From assembly GCA_963796285.1 (NCBI GenBank), contig CAWCKW010000012.1:864001-928000 (forward strand): a stretch of 64,000 bases of DNA, written 5' to 3'. Under the pieces are notes generated by a model. The model did no database searches, was not told where the DNA came from, and was given only the letters and a program-made list of their open reading frames with translations. Shown piece after piece: positions 10,391-19,760 of this stretch; position 1 is the first letter of the stretch; each line of letters opens with the position of its first letter. The position numbers were made by a program, and so were the translations under genes. The stretch comes from Nitrospirota bacterium. GTDB lineage: Bacteria; Nitrospirota; UBA9217.

Positions 10391-10981
10391 TTACTTTTTG
10401 ATTTCTTCTTTTTTGGTTTCTTCCTTTTTGACTTCTTCCTTTTTTGCTTCTTCCTTCTTGTCCATTTCAGCAATGACCTTCTCGGTCAGGTCCAGGTCCT
10501 CATCAGCGTACAGGACCGCCGGGACCTCGGCTTTCGAAAGGATATTGATGGTCTTGTTCAATACAAGCGAGAACTTTTCCCGTTTGACGATGTCCTTGAG
10601 CACGACTACCAGCTGCTGATTGAAGTCGTTTGACAATTCCTCGTTCTTCTTCCCGATCTCACTGCTGAAGTCTTCACGCCTCTTCTGAAACTCACTGATC
10701 TTGCGATTGAGGGTCTCTTCCTTTTCCTTCCGCGCCTTTTCGCTCAGAACTTTGGCCTGCTTCTTTAAATCTTCCTGCAGCTTCTGTATCTCATCGGCAT
10801 CCTCGTCGAGGATCTTTTTGCGGCTTTCATAATATTCCCGCACGACATTTTGATATTTTTTGCCCAGCTTCGCCTTGTCGAATACCGCCTGGGTATCGAC
10901 ATAGGCTATTTTCCCTCCTGCCGCCATGGCGGTCGAGGCAAACAACATTATTGTAACGCACAACAAGACTATCTTTTTCAT
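10391..10981 (-). CDS. skp: OmpH/Skp periplasmic chaperone with KKEE-repeat tail
   Basis: Signal peptide from ATG at 10981, KIAYVD, coiled coil, VLYAD..DLTEKVI; between bamA and lpxD. Confidence 0.9.
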   Translation of the reverse strand: MKKIVLLCVTIMLFASTAMAAGGKIAYVDTQAVFDKAKLGKKYQNVVREYYESRKKILDEDADEIQKLQEDLKKQAKVLSEKARKEKEETLNRKISEFQKRREDFSSEIGKKNEELSNDFNQQLVVVLKDIVKREKFSLVLNKTINILSKAEVPAVLYADEDLDLTEKVIAEMDKKEEAKKEEVKKEETKKEEIKK

Positions 10982-11057
10982 CCCGGGGCCTCCTCTAAAA
11001 GTATTTTTTGTTTGTGATCGTTGTGTTGGATAATCGCGTTTCAGCCGTCGCGCATCC

Positions 11058-13397
11058 TTAAAACAGCGTGCCGATGGAAAAATCAAACTTACTTGCCTGA
11101 TCATCGGGTTTCTTGTGTATGATGTTACCCCATTCAAATTTGAGCGGCCCGATGGGAGAAAACCACCAGAAACCAAATCCCCAGGCCTGCCGCAGTTCGG
11201 AGAACTTCACGGTTTCGTAGGTGTCGAAAGCCTTCCCTATGTCATAGAAGAGCACACCCTTGAGCCGCGCAGCGGGAACGACCGGGAAGGTGTATTCGAC
11301 GTTATAGATCAGTTCCTTGTTCCCACCCAAACGGTTCAATACTGCGTCCATGGGGCCGTCGGACCCGTATCGAAAGCCGCGTACGGTCGAAGGGCCGCCG
11401 ACATAAAAGCGCTCGCCGAGGGGTACGGGTTTGTCTATAAGAGATTCCACGTACCCGTACCTGCCGCGGAACATAATGACGGTATCCCAGTACATCGGAA
11501 AATACCAAGCCGAATCGCCGATGGTCTTTATAAAATTCGGGTCGCCGCCGAGCGGTCCGCCCGCATATTCCACTAAGACGCTGTTCCTGGACCCGGTCTT
11601 CGGATCGAGGAAGACGTCCCGCGAATCCCGGGTAATGCTCCAGGAGAGCGCATTCGTGATGATGAGATCTCCATAGCTATTGAGCTGCTGCTGGAGAGCA
11701 AATGGCGCTGTCGTTGTTATATCCGTCACCAACGAGTTGTCGTAGCTGAATTTGAGCGAGGTCGATACATATTCACCGAAACTTTTTCCAACGCCGAGCG
11801 AAAGGCCGTTTGTTTTGAGTTTATAGCCGTCATAATCCTGCTCCTGTTTGTACAGGTCTGCTTTGCCGTACACTTCTTTGTCAAACAGATAGGGTTCCAT
11901 AAAACTCAGCATAAAAAGCTGCTGCGTTGAGCCCCATTGGACCTTGAATTTGAGCAGTTGGCCGCGACCGCCGAGGTTGCCCTGGGTAATTTCGGCAATG
12001 CCCATGAGCTTGTCCACGGAGCTATAACCGCCGCCGATGCTGAACGTTCCGGTGAGTTTTTCCTTCACCTTCACATTTAAATCCATGATCGGCTCCTGCA
12101 GCCGGCGGTCCGGGATGATATCTACGGTTTCAAAATAATTGAGATTGTTGATCCGCTCATAGCTTCTTTTGAGCGCTTTTTTGCTGTAGAGGTCCCCCTC
12201 GTCAAGCCGCATCTCTCGACGTACCACCTTGTCGCGCGTCTTGTTGTTGCCCGTGACATCGATCCGACCGATCCGAACTTCTCCGCCTTCCTGGATCTCG
12301 ATTTGGATAGCAACGGTTTTCTTGTCCTGGTCGATATTGAACTGCGGGGTGACGTTTGCGAAAGGCCGCGCGATGCTGTCGTAGCGGTCCATGATCCTGC
12401 TTACGTCCTGACGAAGCATCTCACGGCTGAAGATGTCTCCTTTTTTCAGCTTGATCTCTTTCGAAAGTTCTTCATCAGAGAGAAGCGTGTTCCCTTTCAC
12501 TGCCAGGGAACCAACCCGAAACTGATCGCCTTCTTTGACATTGATGTGTATGACGAGATCGCTCTTTCTGGTGAACGTTTTGGGCGGGCCCCAGAAATAG
12601 CATTCACGAAACGTAACGATCTCCGGTTTGATGACCGGTTCATCGACAATGACCTGGATATAACCTTTATTGTAGTAGAGGTTTCTGATGGTATCCAGGT
12701 CGTCCTTGAGTTCCTCCGTCCTCAGCGTTCCACTGTGGCCAAAGAAGTAATAGAATTTACGTTCCTGGTTCTTGAGGGCGTCCTTGATCTCCTTCGACGA
12801 CAGGGCCTTATTGCCGGTAATGATGACATCCGCTAATCGTACCTTGTTCCCCTCTTCAATAGAGAACACAACGTTCCGGTCGCCGCTGCGAAGTTCGGTG
12901 ACAACGGGCACCACGACAGCGTCGTAGAACCCGTCATCCTGGTACTTGAGCCGTATTTTCTCGGCATTGTCATTGATGAGCTGCATGTTGAAGGCGGTCC
13001 GCGGAAGCAGGGTCAGGCCTTCTTTCAGCTTTTCCGCAGTGTATTCATCATTGCCCTCAAAGGTAATTTCCCGGATAAGAGGCTTTTCCTTAACGGAGAA
13101 AATGACCTTGAGACCGTTTTCAAAACCCTCGGTCCTAACCTGAACGTCCTCAAAATGACCGAGCTGGTACAGCACCTTGATATCTTCCCGCACCACGGAC
13201 GGCGAAAAGACGTCCCCTTCTTTTGTTTTTATCTTGGCGAGGATCGTTGCTGTCTCTATTCTCTTGTTTCCCTGCACCTGGATCAGGGTCACTTTCGTAT
13301 CATCCGCCGCGCTGGAAATCGTAACAGCAGACAGGAACAACAACGTCAACACCCCGATTGTTGCAAGGTATTTATACACGATTAGAACATCCTCCAT
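11058..13397 (-). CDS. bamA: Outer membrane protein assembly factor
   Basis: POTRA repeats (GNKRIE, GNNKTRDKVVRRE), VRGF motif, C-terminal Phe. Confidence 0.96.
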   Translation of the reverse strand: MEDVLIVYKYLATIGVLTLLFLSAVTISSAADDTKVTLIQVQGNKRIETATILAKIKTKEGDVFSPSVVREDIKVLYQLGHFEDVQVRTEGFENGLKVIFSVKEKPLIREITFEGNDEYTAEKLKEGLTLLPRTAFNMQLINDNAEKIRLKYQDDGFYDAVVVPVVTELRSGDRNVVFSIEEGNKVRLADVIITGNKALSSKEIKDALKNQERKFYYFFGHSGTLRTEELKDDLDTIRNLYYNKGYIQVIVDEPVIKPEIVTFRECYFWGPPKTFTRKSDLVIHINVKEGDQFRVGSLAVKGNTLLSDEELSKEIKLKKGDIFSREMLRQDVSRIMDRYDSIARPFANVTPQFNIDQDKKTVAIQIEIQEGGEVRIGRIDVTGNNKTRDKVVRREMRLDEGDLYSKKALKRSYERINNLNYFETVDIIPDRRLQEPIMDLNVKVKEKLTGTFSIGGGYSSVDKLMGIAEITQGNLGGRGQLLKFKVQWGSTQQLFMLSFMEPYLFDKEVYGKADLYKQEQDYDGYKLKTNGLSLGVGKSFGEYVSTSLKFSYDNSLVTDITTTAPFALQQQLNSYGDLIITNALSWSITRDSRDVFLDPKTGSRNSVLVEYAGGPLGGDPNFIKTIGDSAWYFPMYWDTVIMFRGRYGYVESLIDKPVPLGERFYVGGPSTVRGFRYGSDGPMDAVLNRLGGNKELIYNVEYTFPVVPAARLKGVLFYDIGKAFDTYETVKFSELRQAWGFGFWWFSPIGPLKFEWGNIIHKKPDDQASKFDFSIGTLF

Positions 13398-13454
13398 TCG
13401 CCGCCATAAGAACGAAATAATATAGCATGGAGTGGTGAGTGTGTAAACATAAAT

Positions 13455-14585
13455 TTATGCGCATAGCCTCGCAAGGGCTTCATCCAACAGCAGAATCCCG
13501 CGGTCGGTGAGTGTCAGGCGCCCTTCCTTCACGCGGAGAAGTCCCGCATCCCTGAGCAAGACCGCATTTCTCTCAAGCCGGCGCAGAGGGTCGGGGCCGA
13601 ACTCCCGTTCAAACCGGGAAAGGTCCAGTCCCTGTGAGGTCCGGAGACTGAGAAGAACCATTTCCCTCGCTGACGACCGCGGACCGACAATCTCCTGGTC
13701 ATCGATTATTGTCCGGCCGCTTGACAGTCGTTGCGCGTATTCCAATGTATCGGCGATATTGGCATATCGCCTCCCTGAAATGAACGACCACGCCCCTGGA
13801 CCAAGACCGAGGTATTCTCCACGTTCCCAATAGTTCATATTATGACGGCACTCATATCCGGGCAGGGAAAAATTCGATATCTCGTAACGTCCATAGCCCG
13901 CGTTGGTCAACGTTATGACCGCGCGTTCATACATCGCTGCGCAGATCTCTTCATCAGGCAGCGCGAATTCGCCGGCCTCCGACTCCCGCATGAACTGTGA
14001 CCCAGCGTCCAGGGAAAGGTTGTATGCCGAAATGTGTTCGGGTTTGAGCGCGATGGCCGCGTTCAGGGTCTCATCCCAGTCGGCAACGGTCTGTCCCGGT
14101 ATTCCGTAGATCAGGTCAATGCTGATATTTTTAAAGCCAACGCTTCTTGCAACCCTGAAAGCATCGGCGGCCTGCTTCGCTGTATGAAGCCTGCCAAGGA
14201 TTTGCAGTACCTCACCGGAGAAAGACTGTACGCCAAGGCTGAGCCTGTTCACGCCCTGTGAACGCATAAGCGATAGTTTCTCATGCGTGACCGTGTTCGG
14301 GTTTGCCTCGACAGTAAATTCAACGCTATCATCAATCGTGAAATGTTCCCTGATGATCCCCACGAGCAGACCAAACTGTTCAGAAGAAAGAACAGTCGGG
14401 GTGCCTCCGCCGATATAAATGCTGGAAAAGGCCCGATTCCTGAAAGCCTTCTTGTAGAGTGCCGCCTCGTGTTTGAGTCCGGATATGAATGCATCAGCAC
14501 TGCCGGATGAGTACTCTGTTGAATAAAAGCCACAGTACCGGCACTTTCTGACACAGAAAGGGACATGGATATAGAGGGATAACAT
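13455..14585 (-). CDS. hemW: Radical SAM heme chaperone
   Basis: LYIHVPFCxxKCxYC, GGGTP, YEISNF, HNxxYW. Confidence 0.92.
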   Translation of the reverse strand: MLSLYIHVPFCVRKCRYCGFYSTEYSSGSADAFISGLKHEAALYKKAFRNRAFSSIYIGGGTPTVLSSEQFGLLVGIIREHFTIDDSVEFTVEANPNTVTHEKLSLMRSQGVNRLSLGVQSFSGEVLQILGRLHTAKQAADAFRVARSVGFKNISIDLIYGIPGQTVADWDETLNAAIALKPEHISAYNLSLDAGSQFMRESEAGEFALPDEEICAAMYERAVITLTNAGYGRYEISNFSLPGYECRHNMNYWERGEYLGLGPGAWSFISGRRYANIADTLEYAQRLSSGRTIIDDQEIVGPRSSAREMVLLSLRTSQGLDLSRFEREFGPDPLRRLERNAVLLRDAGLLRVKEGRLTLTDRGILLLDEALARLCA

Positions 14586-14737
14586 ATTGATTTATCTATT
14601 CACTGTGATGCTCAACTGCACCAATTTGTATTGATCAGGCGATAAATGCAAGCCGAATGCCAATAAAAGAGAACGCCCGATACCGGGCAGCGAATGATGA
14701 GTACATTTATTCATAAATACGATGGCGTATTTGTCTT

Positions 14738-14806
14738 GGTAGCCGCAGGCTTTAGCCTGAGTTTATAATGCATTGAAAATCACGCAAACTGAAGTTTGCG
14801 GCTACC
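14738..14806. repeat. REP doublet (REPIN-like, GTAG class)
   Basis: GGTAGCCGCAGGCTTTAGCCTG ... CGCAAACTGAAGTTTGCGGCTACC: two hairpin units in inverted orientation. Confidence 0.75.
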
Positions 14807-14942
14807 GATATGAATTTAGACTTTTTAAAAACCTCCCATAAATAAGTTACCGATTATGCATGGAGATGATTTCGATATCGAATTAGCGCCGTTCGATTGC
14901 TGCGAAGATGAAGTGAGTGAACAAATGAATGATATTCGTCAG

Positions 14943-15587
14943 CTACCAGAACCCTTCTTTATCTCTCGGAGTCGATCCAGATCCCCCTGCTGACGTTGCC
15001 GTGTAGTTATGCTGAACAAATATCCCGACAATCCCTATGAGAATACAAATCAATAACATAACAAAGAATTGACCGCCAACGTCTCGCAATCCATGAAATT
15101 GCTGAAATCCGAATAGAGTGTTCGGCATCCCTATAAATTTGCCGACGGAAACTACGATCAAATACGCACCTATAAAAGAGGTCGAAATAATGATCATGCT
15201 TTTGTGCTTGCTTATCGTTACAAAACCTCCAACAATCGCAAGCGGAATCGCAATAGCTGGATAAGCCGTACCAAAAATACTTGCGCTAATAGCTCCACCT
15301 ATGAGAAATCCAAGTGCTGCGCCTAAGATAAACAATCCAAAGACAAAAAAAACGATCATCAATGAGCTTCCAATCGTTCCGCCGACTAATCCTGCCAGTA
15401 TCGCGATCAGAGGATGGTTTCCTATGGAGTCAAATACAATCCTTGCACACAGCAAACCCCCAATAATAAAGCCAGTAACTCCCAGTACTAATTTTAACAA
15501 TCTATATCCAAAAAAACACTCGATTATCCCAATGATGAAAGTAAATCCTGACAGGGTATTCAATATGTTGTTTCCAACATTATTCAT
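14943..15587 (-). CDS. DUF4203/TMEM198-like membrane protein
   Basis: CFFGYRL motif, Gly-rich TM helices, STSFIGAY; visibly AT-rich. Confidence 0.75.
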   Translation of the reverse strand: MNNVGNNILNTLSGFTFIIGIIECFFGYRLLKLVLGVTGFIIGGLLCARIVFDSIGNHPLIAILAGLVGGTIGSSLMIVFFVFGLFILGAALGFLIGGAISASIFGTAYPAIAIPLAIVGGFVTISKHKSMIIISTSFIGAYLIVVSVGKFIGMPNTLFGFQQFHGLRDVGGQFFVMLLICILIGIVGIFVQHNYTATSAGGSGSTPRDKEGFW

Positions 15588-15757
15588 ATCTGGTTCCCCT
15601 CATTGTTTTCCAAGATGATCTGTTTTTTGACGCTCACCTTTGCTGATCAATGCTTTTCAACCTGACTCCTCAAGGGATTTCATTGGGTTCAACTCTCATT
15701 TGCTGACAAATGCAAGGAGAAAGACTTGGCCCTATATGGTCCTGGAAAAATAGATTG

Positions 15758-16120
15758 TTATACTGGATACTCGAAACCAGGGGCATCGACCATCTCGACA
15801 GGGAGCGGGAAAAGCACGGAAAAGACAACAAGATCTTCAGAACCGGAATTAAAAATCCCATGCACATCCCCTGGTAAGGCAACCGCAATATCCCCAGGCT
15901 TGACTGTTATTTTCTCTTTTGATGTTATATAATATTCCCCCACTCCCAGGACAATATACCAAATATCGTCGTTGTGGGGATGAATATGAGGATAGATCCA
16001 ATCCCCAGGGCTTACTCTCCAGAGATTTATGTCATGGTTTTCTGGATTATTTAGGACTTCTCTATATGTACGACCCTTATTAGGAACCACATCAAATATT
16101 TTGAATATTCTCTCGTTCAT
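15758..16120 (-). CDS. Cupin domain protein
   Basis: PHIHP...DIWYIVLGVG and PGDVHGIFN cupin motifs. Confidence 0.85.
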   Translation of the reverse strand: MNERIFKIFDVVPNKGRTYREVLNNPENHDINLWRVSPGDWIYPHIHPHNDDIWYIVLGVGEYYITSKEKITVKPGDIAVALPGDVHGIFNSGSEDLVVFSVLFPLPVEMVDAPGFEYPV

Positions 16121-16295
16121 TTGACAAACAGGAAAGGAACTTCCTCCTCCTTATTATAAATATCAAACGCTTTATATTGTAAAACGCATCTTTTACCTTT
16201 CAGGATGCCCACTGACACACATTATCTAAGCATGAGGGTTGACACTGTGAGCGTCAAGCCGCAAGACCTGATCCTATAGGTTTGGACATCATCTT

Positions 16296-16943
16296 CTAGG
16301 CAACTTTGCGCAGGATGACGTGCGTTGCACGTTCACCGTGTATGGTCTCGGCGCATGCATACCCCAGTGCCCGCATATTGATCCCGTTCAGCAGATGCTC
16401 GCCAGCACCAAGCAGAACCGGCCGGACCACGAGATGCAGCTCGTCGATCAACCGGGCGTTCAAATACTGCCGGATCGTGGCCACACCGCCGCCCAGGCGG
16501 ATATCCTGTTCGCCAGCAGCGGCCTTTGCCTGCTCCAGGGCAGCATGGATGCCTTCGGTCACGAACCGGAATTCAGTGCCGCCCTTCATCACGATCGGCC
16601 GGCGCGCATGATGCGTCAGCACGAAGACCGGCACGTGGTACGGCGGCTCCTCCCCCCACCACCCCTTCCAGCTGTCGTCCGGCCACGGACCCCGCACAGG
16701 ACCGAACATGTTCCGTCCGAGGATCCACGCGCCGATATTGACAAAGCTCTGCTCCGCCATCCGGTTGTCCACGCCTGTCTCGCCGCCCTCCTTCCCGTGC
16801 ATGCGCTGCCACATGTGCGTCCGGAAGAACCACTCGAACAGCTCCGGCCCGTGCGTGCCCAAAGGGTTTTGCAGGCCCTGGTCCGTCCCGGCGCCGTACC
16901 CGTCAAGCGATAAAGAAAAGCTGCTTACCTTGAGCTTCGACAT
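16296..16943 (-). CDS. Dihydrofolate reductase-like (RibD C-terminal domain) protein
   Basis: SLDGY, ILGRNMF, VFVLTH, GGVATIRQYL, DELHL; RBS before ATG at 16943. Confidence 0.9.
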   Translation of the reverse strand: MSKLKVSSFSLSLDGYGAGTDQGLQNPLGTHGPELFEWFFRTHMWQRMHGKEGGETGVDNRMAEQSFVNIGAWILGRNMFGPVRGPWPDDSWKGWWGEEPPYHVPVFVLTHHARRPIVMKGGTEFRFVTEGIHAALEQAKAAAGEQDIRLGGGVATIRQYLNARLIDELHLVVRPVLLGAGEHLLNGINMRALGYACAETIHGERATHVILRKVA

Positions 16944-17024
16944 GACGCCCCCCCTTTCAGACTTTTGTATCAATTATAGCGCGAACGCACTGATAATCTG
17001 CCGCTTGTTGAAGAGACGCTGTTC

Positions 17025-17090
17025 AGCTGCCGTTGGAGTCTTGACAAGCAGGTGGTAGTGGTTGTCTATCAGGCAATGCGTAGGCAGTAT
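17025..17090 (-). mobile_element. Scrap of a REP-associated (Y1/HUH) tyrosine transposase
   Basis: Manual translation HCLIDNHYHLLVKTP matches the CLMxNHYHLL HUH motif; no full ORF. Confidence 0.65.
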
Positions 17091-17141
17091 TTATTTCGGG
17101 AATCCTGACAATAAGAATCAAGAAGGCAGTTAAAAAGATGG

Positions 17142-17756
17142 TTATTTCAATTTGTCGTCCTTGGTATACAACGCCGGATACATTTTCTGTGCGCATTCCG
17201 GACAGATCCCATGGGAAAATTCCACTCCCGAGTGCATTCTGATATATACCTCCACCTGCGTCCAGTAGCCCTTATCATCGCGGATCTTCTTGCAATTCAT
17301 ACAGATGGGAAGAAACCCTCTCAGTAGTTTGATTTCCTTCATAGAATCTTCGAGCTGGGTGAGCAATTTCTTGCGCTCGATGGCGTAACGGATTGCGCGT
17401 CCCAACGCTGGGCCGGTGACCAAGCCTTTCACCAGATAGTCCTGTGCGCCTTTGTGGACCGCCTCGACCGCAAGATCATCATCGTCGTGCCCGGTCAGGA
17501 CAATGATCGGGATATGGGATGTTTGAGCATAGACCGTTTCAAAGGTCTTGATGCCCATCGGTCCATCCGGAAGCGTAAGATCCAGCAGAATGACGTCAAA
17601 GAGAATGCGTTTCAGGCTTTCCAGACCGTCAGCGAGCCTCTCGACGTGGATCACATTGTATTTGATCTTCCGGGAAATGTTGAGATATCTTTCGATCAGC
17701 ACTGCATCATCGGGATTGTCTTCGATAAGCAGCGCAGTAATGGCTGTTGTTTGCAT
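17142..17756 (-). CDS. Response regulator with C-terminal Cys-rich domain
   Basis: REC (LIEDN, LLDLTLPD, YLVK) plus LPICxxCKKIRDDKGYW...SHGICPEC. Confidence 0.88.
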   Translation of the reverse strand: MQTTAITALLIEDNPDDAVLIERYLNISRKIKYNVIHVERLADGLESLKRILFDVILLDLTLPDGPMGIKTFETVYAQTSHIPIIVLTGHDDDDLAVEAVHKGAQDYLVKGLVTGPALGRAIRYAIERKKLLTQLEDSMKEIKLLRGFLPICMNCKKIRDDKGYWTQVEVYIRMHSGVEFSHGICPECAQKMYPALYTKDDKLK

Positions 17757-17880
17757 GGGTTTCAACTCCCGTGGGCCCACTTCGAAGATAGTGAAGGATC
17801 GGATGCTTCCTGATCGCACCAGAGGCATTTGGGGTCACTCATATGAAGGCTCCCTGTCCTGGACCTGTATCATTATGGAC

Positions 17881-18450
17881 CTATACCCACTTCACCTTCG
17901 GTTCCTTCTTGGAGGGCCTATTCGTTTCGCCCTTCGGATATCCCAACAGGATGGGGCCGAAAATCGCGTCCTCTTCCTGTAATTCAAGGAGGTCTCTTAC
18001 TTCCTGATCATCCGTCACCATCGCGCCAAAACCGACCCAGCAGCTACCCAGTCCCAGTGAATGAGCGGCAAGCATCATATTCTCGCATGCCAGGGGGCAG
18101 GAATGAGCGGCATAACGTCCATTGCCAATGACAAACACCACAGCCGGCGCTGAATAGTAAATGGGATCAGGCAGCTCGGCATAGCGTTTTTTTATAGACT
18201 CATAGCGTTCCGGGTCAACATCCTTGACCCCTTCGGTAAGCTTTTTAGCATTCGGCATTGCCGCGCCAAGGAGCTTTCTTTTTGCCGTGACATCCTGGAC
18301 AACGACAAACCTCCAGGGCTGGCTGTTCATCGCTGATGGCGCCTCATTCCCCGCCTCAATGATGGCGTTCAGCACCTCCCGGGGAATCTCTTTTGAATCA
18401 TAGGACCGGACAGAGCGTCTTGTTTTAATGGTTGCGATAACTGTGTTCAT
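17881..18450 (-). CDS. Nitroreductase family protein
   Basis: RRSVRSY, APSAMNSQPW, ENMMLAAHSLGLGSCW, LGYP. Confidence 0.93.
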   Translation of the reverse strand: MNTVIATIKTRRSVRSYDSKEIPREVLNAIIEAGNEAPSAMNSQPWRFVVVQDVTAKRKLLGAAMPNAKKLTEGVKDVDPERYESIKKRYAELPDPIYYSAPAVVFVIGNGRYAAHSCPLACENMMLAAHSLGLGSCWVGFGAMVTDDQEVRDLLELQEEDAIFGPILLGYPKGETNRPSKKEPKVKWV

Positions 18451-18467
18451 AACCTGTCTCCTCTCGC

Positions 18468-18646
18468 TTATTCTTTATAAGATGAAGCACTCTTTTCACC
18501 CAAATCCCCCACGATCTCCCTGAACTGCTCCAGCGCCGCTTCAAGGTCTTCGACGATCTCCTGGGCGATGACGTCGGATCGGGGAGGTTGTCGGAGGCTT
18601 CGAGGGATTCGTCCTTGAGCCAGAAGATGTCGATGCTGGCGTTATC
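18468..18646 (-). pseudogene. 3' remnant of a type I restriction-modification methyltransferase (HsdM)
   Basis: Manual translation DNASIDIFWLKDESLEASDNLPDP/DVIAQEIVEDLEAALEQFREIVGDL (one frameshift); typical HsdM C-terminus, 5' part missing. Confidence 0.75.
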
Positions 18647-18725
18647 ACCTCACCATGAAAACCGAACGCCACTCAAAAAACAAGTTAACCTCAGACGAAA
18701 CGTCCCCAAAGTTCTCTGGCTTTAA

Positions 18726-19592
18726 TCAAAGATGATTTACTAATTTTGTTATAACAGAAAATGTTGCATGATGCGCACTCACAGCTGCGTGCAAATCCGC
18801 CTGTTCTTCACCATATCGTATGCCCGGCGAACAAAACACCGATTTAATTTCGCTCCTAATATCCAATTTAGGGCCAATAGAATTTATCTGTTGCGCCAAT
18901 AAATTCAAATCATGTGTTTTCTTAAATACGCCATTATTTTTCTCTATCACTACTTTCAATATTTTTTCTGTGGCTTGCAGCGATGCCCATTTTGATAGCC
19001 CATATTCTGGAGTTGAAGCCATTATATGGTTAACCGCCGCTTCGATATCTGCCTTTGCCAACTCGATCATCTTTGTCCCTTTGCAATACTCTAGTCGAGA
19101 TAATGCCTTGAACGATAATTGGTAAATATTTAACATGTATTTTAATTCTTCGTCTGTTAGAGACTTTTTCAGTCCGTCTGGAAAATTAGGTATTAACTCA
19201 AGAAATTAGAGACATTGTACCTCAACTTTAGAAAGTTCTTTTGACGATTTGTCACGCGAAGCCGTAAACACATTGTTCCCATAAAACAATGGGAAATGAT
19301 AATACCAAGGGTCTCCTCGCAAAGAAAACGCAGCCTTGCCAAACCCAATCAACACCCAAACGGCTTCCGTATTGCGCATCAAACCACTTTATAATAAATT
19401 CGGTAATGGGCCAATTAACATAAACGCTGTGATATGTTCCGGGAATAGGCTCCGTTAATGGAAGAGCAATGTTACGTCTCTGGAAAATTCCATGGTAGCT
19501 GCTATTGGACGTGCGGAAATAGGTACCGATTTGTCCCTAAGCTGACGGTCAATTTCAACAAGTTCCTTGATTAATTCATCTTTGGAAATCAT
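18726..19592 (-). pseudogene. HEPN-like domain protein, frameshifted
   Basis: C-terminal ORF has SLQATEKILK...KTHDL; upstream AT-rich coding-like sequence starts MISKDELIKELVEIDRQLRDKSVPISARP at 19592 and is interrupted. Confidence 0.6.
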
Positions 19593-19760
19593 ACTTTTAT
19601 TTCCCTTAACTGAAGACGGTTAAACTGGCGCACATCTTTGATCCTCTTACTCTGCCTAATACATCTGCGTATGCTACAAATCGCTTTTCGTATTTGTTAT
19701 TAGTCATATTCTCCAGCCGGTAAGTCATGAACACAAAACGAACTGCCTTTATCGTTTAGT

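Noticed and set aside
10982-11176. N-terminal extension of Skp in the ORF track
   Set aside because: Overlaps the bamA 3' end; the signal peptide and GGAGG RBS point to a start at 10981
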